DNA of 64,000 bases from Candidatus Latescibacterota bacterium (lineage in GTDB: Bacteria > Latescibacterota > CBDEFO01): assembly GCA_965237525.1 (NCBI GenBank), contig CBDEFO010000004.1, positions 480,001-544,000 on the forward strand. The letters run 5' to 3'. Positions 62,328 through 64,000 of the stretch are shown piece after piece; position 1 is the first letter of the stretch; each line of letters begins with the position of its first letter. The notes beneath the pieces were generated by a model. The model was not told where the DNA came from and ran no database searches. It worked only from the letters and a program-made list of their open reading frames with translations. The position numbers and the translations under genes were made by a program.

Positions 62328-62834
62328 ATTCTGATAGTTCTTGTGGTTCGGAAACGTGGAGTTTTCTTACGAGTTTTCAGAAAATCATTAGCCCGATTAA
62401 TTCATAAACTTGGTGGAGTCATTGCGAGGAGCAAAGCGGCCCCCGATTGAGTCTATCGGGGAAGCAATCTCAAGGTTTTATAGTGGTCTCCTATGAGAGC
62501 CGGAGAGTATTACAGCTACCACAGAATCGAGATTGCTTCGCCTTCAGCTCGCAATGACACCGAAGGTGGTTAAACGACATAACTATAATATAATACAATC
62601 CCTTAATTAATACACGGCCTTTTTTTGTGAATTATTCAGGTTAGATTTGTTCCGCGTTGCGTCTCCGACGGGGTCGGGGGTTTCCAGCGCGCAACACCCA
62701 AAGATTTCAACAAGCTATGTCATTTAGAGTCCCCAATTGAATCTATCGGAGAAGCCCGGAGCGAGTCGAAGGTCAGCGAAGCGATCTCAACCATCGAGCA
62801 ATTTCAATTGGGTTAAACAATAGGTCATACACGA

Positions 62835-63040
62835 TTAAGGTTGAACTAAACTTGCTCTTTGACAATTTGCTGATTAAGTAACCTTCGAAGCAGTTTTACT
62901 AAGTATTCGTTACGAAGATTTAATCGCCACTGTACCTCCTTTCGGTAGAGATGGAAATAGTGAGTTGGCACACCTCGGTAGTGATAGACCCAATGCTTGG
63001 CGCACTATCAAAACTCTTCAATACCATTTATTCGCCATTC
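62835..63040 (-). pseudogene. IS1595-family transposase C-terminal remnant
   Basis: INGIEEF**CAKHWVYHYRGVP..YFHLY.KE..WR.N.RN. Confidence 0.7.
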
Positions 63041-63748
63041 CCCATCTTAGACCCCAAAAATGTTTGTAAAGTCCCCAGAACATCTTATACTATATGTAGA
63101 TAAGACTCATAAATGACGGATAGATATTGATCATGCAGAGGGTGAAAGCATAAATACAGAGATACTGCCGCTGCTCGAAAATCTCAACAGGCTGTCAGAT
63201 ATAAGTGGACTGTGGATTCAAGAAGGGACGAATCATTCTGGATTTGGACAGTTCCGAAAGCCCTGTACATGGCGAGCAGGACTGGTCAGCATATAACTGT
63301 CAATTCCGGTGCACATGTCTCCATTGAGAGGTGTCTCTAATTGGAAGATATAAGCACAAAAGAAAGTAATAATTCAGAGGAGAATGCTATTTTGATTGAA
63401 AAAAGTACTTGTTGAAAAATGTAAAAGTGGCAATATTCATTCACGAACAAGATGCTAGCTAATTATAATCCCTTATAAATTTGATATGGGGAATGTCGGA
63501 TTAGAGGAGAGAGTGACCGTTTTGTTCCATGCCAGTCTCGATTTCGCCGTGAACTTCCGCAGAGGGCGCTCGCCAACAAAGGTTAGGAATAGCACCTGTG
63601 AACGGCAACGGCGTAACGGCTCCGTAACGAGGTTGGCAACCGGAGTGGAGCGATTGGGGGACCGCTACGCCCAAGGTTTCCCCACTGGGAATTGACTGTT
63701 AGATTTGTGATCATTTCCCCTATCAAGACTTACCGGCTCGTTGCACCC

Positions 63749-64000
63749 ATGAAATTACCTGCACGATTAAATCTATGCTGTTTCGACGGTGTTTGGAGCC
63801 AGGCATTGTCCAGGTTTCGGTGGGGTGCGGGCCTCTCTTTTAAGGTATTAAAACACCCTCTTGCCCTGTGTGCTGCTTTCTTGGAGCTCTCAGGTGACTC
63901 GGCCTTGGCAGACGAGGCGGTGGCTCAAGTGACCGTGATAAGAACTGTCGGCCTGCAGCCCCTGGATTGGGTGCTGATCGCAATTTACGCGATTTCCACG
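63749..64000 (+). CDS. 5' end of a probable sodium:solute symporter, cut by the window edge; start uncertain
   Basis: open frame ending GLQPLDWVLIAIYAIST. Confidence 0.45.
   Translation, partial: MKLPARLNLCCFDGVWSQALSRFRWGAGLSFKVLKHPLALCAAFLELSGDSALADEAVAQVTVIRTVGLQPLDWVLIAIYAIST

Noticed and set aside
1..64000. tRNA or rRNA genes
   Set aside because: No cloverleaf or rRNA signature recognised by eye; tRNAscan-SE would be decisive.

Overview
Bacterial chromosomal window. The lineage is inferred from protein motifs only and is probably FCB-group (Latescibacterota-like). Housekeeping blocks: tsaC-purE, secDF, class A PBP, tyrS, and glmM-zapA-murA followed by a Clp1-like kinase. The accessory middle holds three 1519-1520 bp IS1182-type copies with YTAA/TTAR target duplications, a GH15 pseudogene, an integrase remnant, a GC-rich catabolic island and a tandem array of five enolase-superfamily genes. 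The main candidate novel system is a ~17.6 kb minus-strand locus (34107-51700). It encodes two secreted CBM9/DOMON-like paralogues ending in TWGRIKSSF, three paralogous secreted proteins with xTPNGDGIND C-terminal domains, a 903-aa probable outer-membrane barrel, a GT-C/TPR glycosyltransferase and a double-parvulin foldase, behind four repeated consensus sigma70 promoters. A 21-nt palindromic mini-element also occurs five times, once in-frame inside glmM. All family calls come from motif recognition, not database searches.
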